The translations under genes were made by a program, and so were the position numbers. From Phaeosaccion multiseriatum (taxonomy: Eukaryota > Protista > Ochrophyta, other classes): a DNA stretch of 64,000 nucleotides. Positions 60,904 to 64,000 of this stretch are shown here, piece after piece. The notes under the pieces were generated by a model. It was not told where the DNA came from and ran no database searches. It was given only the letters and a program-made list of their open reading frames with translations. Each line of letters begins with the position of its first letter. Within the stretch, counting starts at the first letter, position 1. The DNA is taken from assembly GCA_965112735.1 (NCBI GenBank), contig OZ218953.1, positions 3,658,001 to 3,722,000 of the forward strand, written 5' to 3'.

Positions 60904-61822
60904 TTAGATGTTGTCGTACGACGGCAGCTGGGAGAAGTCGTATCCGGGCCATCTGAGCGTCGTGGGGGCAAAGATTGGAGCAGACCAACAACACACGTCA
61001 CGGAACAACAAGAAGCGGTAGGGAAATGAGTTAAGTCAAGGAGGCAAGTAGCGCCCTCCCTACTTAAGGGAATTGCTTGGATGTGCTCTCACCGCTGATA
61101 GGCTCCATAGAGCTGAACGGACGCATAGGCCCCAGGGCAAAGGACGATGAGACCGAGGATAAGGAAAGGCATAGCGCCGGGCAGCCCCTTGCTCCACAGC
61201 ACCACGCTGCCGATGAGCAGCAGCACGCCCAGCGAAAACAGGCCCTATCGAGTCGAGTCGAATAGAGAGAGGGGGAGGGAGCAAGCGGCGCGACAACAGT
61301 CACTAAGGCCGCCTGAGCACGTAGGCTGGCGCGCGACCCGCCTCGCAGGGCCGCAGCAACCTTCCTCCAACCCCTTCGTCCTGCTGTTCGCGTCCAACTC
61401 TTCACCCTAAAGCCCCTCCCCACTCACCCCTGCGGCCAAGGCCGTCTTTATAGGCAGCGCCCGGTTGGATCCCCTGCCCAACGTTGAAGGCCGCCGCCCA
61501 AGCCGAATGGGCAGCTCATGCATGTCCATGTCCAGGGCATGAACGCTCGCCCCCCCCGGCTGCGGCTGTCTCGCGTGGCTGGGCATTTGAATCTCCAAGT
61601 TTCCCACGCGGAGCTGGTCGCTGGCCGAGCCCGTGAACCTGTGGAGGTCAAGAGAAGAAAAGCAGTGGGAGAGTCAAGGAAGGTAGAGAGGAAGGGTGGG
61701 AGAAAGAGGAAGGCGCAATCATTCGTTGGAGATTAAAACCAGCACAGCAAAACTCACTCGTCTTCATCGCCGCCACCCGGGTGGTGGTAGGGGGGTAGGG
61801 GAGAGCGAGATCTCTGGCTCAT
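60904..61822 (-). CDS. TMEM230/TMEM134-family (DUF872) two-TM protein, 158 aa; not represented in the ORF track
   Basis: GT-AG exons 61822-61758, 61638-61428, 61244-61093 and 60952-60904 total 477 nt. The C-terminal half LPIKTALAAGGLFSLGVLLLIGS...AMPFLILGLIVLCPGAYASVQLYGAYQRWPGYDFSQLPSYDNI matches the family pattern P.K....A..LF..G / PG.Y / GY.F..IP.YD. Confidence 0.85.
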
Positions 61823-62335
61823 CGTGCCGCTTCGTCGCTCTCAATCGCGGCGCAGCCTCTCTATCAAGTCTCCCAACGAAGGGGGGGGGGAGGAAAGGCA
61901 AAGATCCACAGGGAGTGGGACAGGGGGGGCGATCAGCTCCACAAGATATCCACACAGGTAAAGCACGGGAGAGAGAGAGAGAGAGAGCGACGACGTCTAA
62001 GGCTTTGGATATCCTTTGACAATAAACAACAAGCAAGATCACCGCGACAAGAAGGGTCGTCCAAACGAGCTGAAACTGAAACTGAGATTTCCCTTTTTTT
62101 TTTTGCCAAGGTGTGTTTGGTGTTCTTACACCCTTGTGTTTTGCTTTCGCTCTTTGATTACCTCTCTACCCGAGCCGGGAGGCTAGTCTTGTCCGGATGA
62201 TTCTCTTCGGCATGGAATGGGGGCATCGCTCTGGGGGCGACACGTTTTAGCGCCTGTTGCGTGGGCCCTCTTGGTCCTTCACCCTTCTGTTGCCTTCCGC
62301 TGCAGCAGCAGCGAAGTGTGTGACACATAGGGAGC

Positions 62336-64000
62336 ATGGGAGCGTGCTGCTCCGACTGCTTGGGTAACGATGGAAGCGATGACGGCAGCGAAGACGGGGA
62401 GCGCTCGCTCATCCATGGCAGGAGGAAACAGACTCGAGCACGGAACGAGTCAGCAGAAGAGACAGGAGGTGTATCCATCTGGGGAGGCAATCGGGGCAGA
62501 ATCTTCTCGCGCAGCAGCGACGACCTCTTGTCGGGCAGCAATACCCTGCGGAGCGCGAGGGGGGGGGCACAAGCTGGCAATGGCGGCTCTGATTCCGACC
62601 TATTTAGAATAAATATACTGAATGGTAGAATGGAGCGGAATAGAGGTGGGGTTAGCAAAGGGTATGGTGCAGTAGGCGCGGCTTCTGGAGGTGTTAGTAA
62701 ACCTCTCTCGAATGGCACGGCACAGAGGGCAGGAGCCGAGGGAGGGAAGCAGCAGCAGCAGCCGGCAGCAGCGATAATGGGGGGGGCAGCAGGGCAGCAG
62801 CAGCAGCGGTCGGCCTTGCCGCAGAACTCTCAGAGGGGGGGCTGGCCGGCTAGGCAACAGCCGCAGCAGCATGTACAGGTGCGTCCGCTTCTGTTGGTAC
62901 TTGCTGCTGCTTGCTTGAGGGCGTTTCGCTCTGTGTGTGTGTGTGTGTGTGCGTATGAAGGGGCGAGTGAGGCGAAATGTGTATAGTCTGCAAAGAAGCA
63001 AGACTAGTTGCAAGGCTGCCAGCGTTTGATGGCTCGAATGGCGCCTTCCCCTTCCCCTGGAGCATTGAGTCCTGACCCCCCGGCCCGCTCCTTGCCTCTG
63101 TCCCAGCAGCCACCGCCGCTTCAGCTCAACTCGGTGCAGGCACAGATTATGAGGCAGCAGCAGCGGCAGAAAGAGGGGGGTGCAGTAACCATGGGGGATC
63201 GCGGCGGTAGAGGGTATCGCGGCTACAATGCTGCGGCTCAGCAGGTGAGTTTGAGTGTCAGCTTCACTTAAATAGACCTTACGTAATTCACAAAGCGTCG
63301 CTCTGCTGCCTTTTGTCATGACCACAGGGGGTTAGGGGGGGTATGGCGGCAGCAGGAGGAGCGTATGGAAGAGGGGGAGCAACAGGAGCAGGCGCGTGGG
63401 GTGCGGCGGGGGGAAGAGGGAGGGGGGGGAGGGGGGGGGCAGCGGCTTCGGCTGGCGGGATACAAGCGGGGAGGGGGGGCGGCGGGGGGTTCAGGGCACA
63501 ACAACAGCAGCAGCTGGCGATGCAGCAACAACAGGCAGGACGGGTGGCGATGTCAAGACCAGCGGCGCCTGAAGAGCAGGTAAGGTCTGAGAGTGGCTCT
63601 CCTGTATACCCACTCCCCCTCCTCTCACTCTGCTGCGCGCCGATGTTGGTCGGTCGGGCCAGTCGGGCCAGTCAGTCAGTCCCGTCAGTCAATCAGTCAG
63701 CCAGTCAGTCAGTCAGTCAGTCAGTCAGTCAGTCAGTCAGTCAGAAAAAAGCAGACGGCTTGCTTCGCTTCGGCTGTGGTATAATCCCCTTCGCCTTGCT
63801 CTGCTTAGGGCGTAGACCTTGGGGCGGTGTGTGTACGTGTGTGTGTGTGTGTGTCCCTCCTACCTTCCCACACTCACACTCACTCTCTCCCCTCTCATAC
63901 CTTCGTGGCCTGGCGCAGGATGGCGTGTCCCAGAAGTACGAGATTAGAGAAGTGCTCGGGGTGGGAAGCAGCTCCTCGTGCTACCGCTGCATCAAGAGGT
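62336..64000 (+). CDS. Ser/Thr protein kinase (CAMK-group-like) with N-terminal myristoylation/palmitoylation motif; 3'-partial
   Basis: It starts MGACCSDC, followed by G/Q-rich low-complexity exons. The exon from 63919 encodes DGVSQKYEIREVLGVGSSSSCYRCIKR (kinase subdomain I Gly loop). The rest lies beyond the window. Confidence 0.7.

Noticed and set aside
1-64000. A functional gene cluster (several trafficking-related genes), tRNA/rRNA genes, or an autonomous transposon/viral insert
   Set aside because: The neighbours have mixed housekeeping functions with no evidence of co-regulation. I saw no tRNA, rRNA, reverse transcriptase, transposase, integrase or capsid motifs; the rRNA-like 13-19-mers are snoRNA antisense guides.

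Overview
GC-rich, intron-dense, microsatellite-laden eukaryotic nuclear DNA. It most likely comes from a photosynthetic stramenopile (ochrophyte), because one gene carries a signal peptide + 'AF' plastid motif; the species cannot be named from sequence alone. Reading splice sites by hand gives 12 compactly packed protein genes: an EF-hand/UBC-variant fusion (5' partial), a golgin-84-like coiled-coil protein, cytosolic leucyl-tRNA synthetase, a plastid TraB-family protein, a D-2-hydroxyacid dehydrogenase, a 23-exon secreted RTX beta-roll/mucin-like protein, ALG9, a ~3,800-aa SAM/TIR-like/EH/ARM protein, a hypothetical membrane protein, a PLAC8 protein, a TMEM230/134-family gene absent from the ORF track, and a lipidated kinase (3' partial). 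There are also two box C/D snoRNA candidates. Most long ORFs in the supplied track are artefacts of simple repeats or antisense frames. The best candidates for undescribed biology are: (1) a putative myristoylated SAM-TIR-ARM-4xEH-ARM giant protein, i.e. the SARM1 domain set coupled to endocytic EH domains; (2) a bacterial-type RTX beta-roll encoded one coil per symmetric 54-nt exon and triplicated as a mosaic; (3) a calmodulin-lobe/catalytically dead E2 fusion; (4) a TraB/TIKI-family protein with tripartite thylakoid-lumen targeting. All domain calls are by visual motif recognition; no database searches were run.
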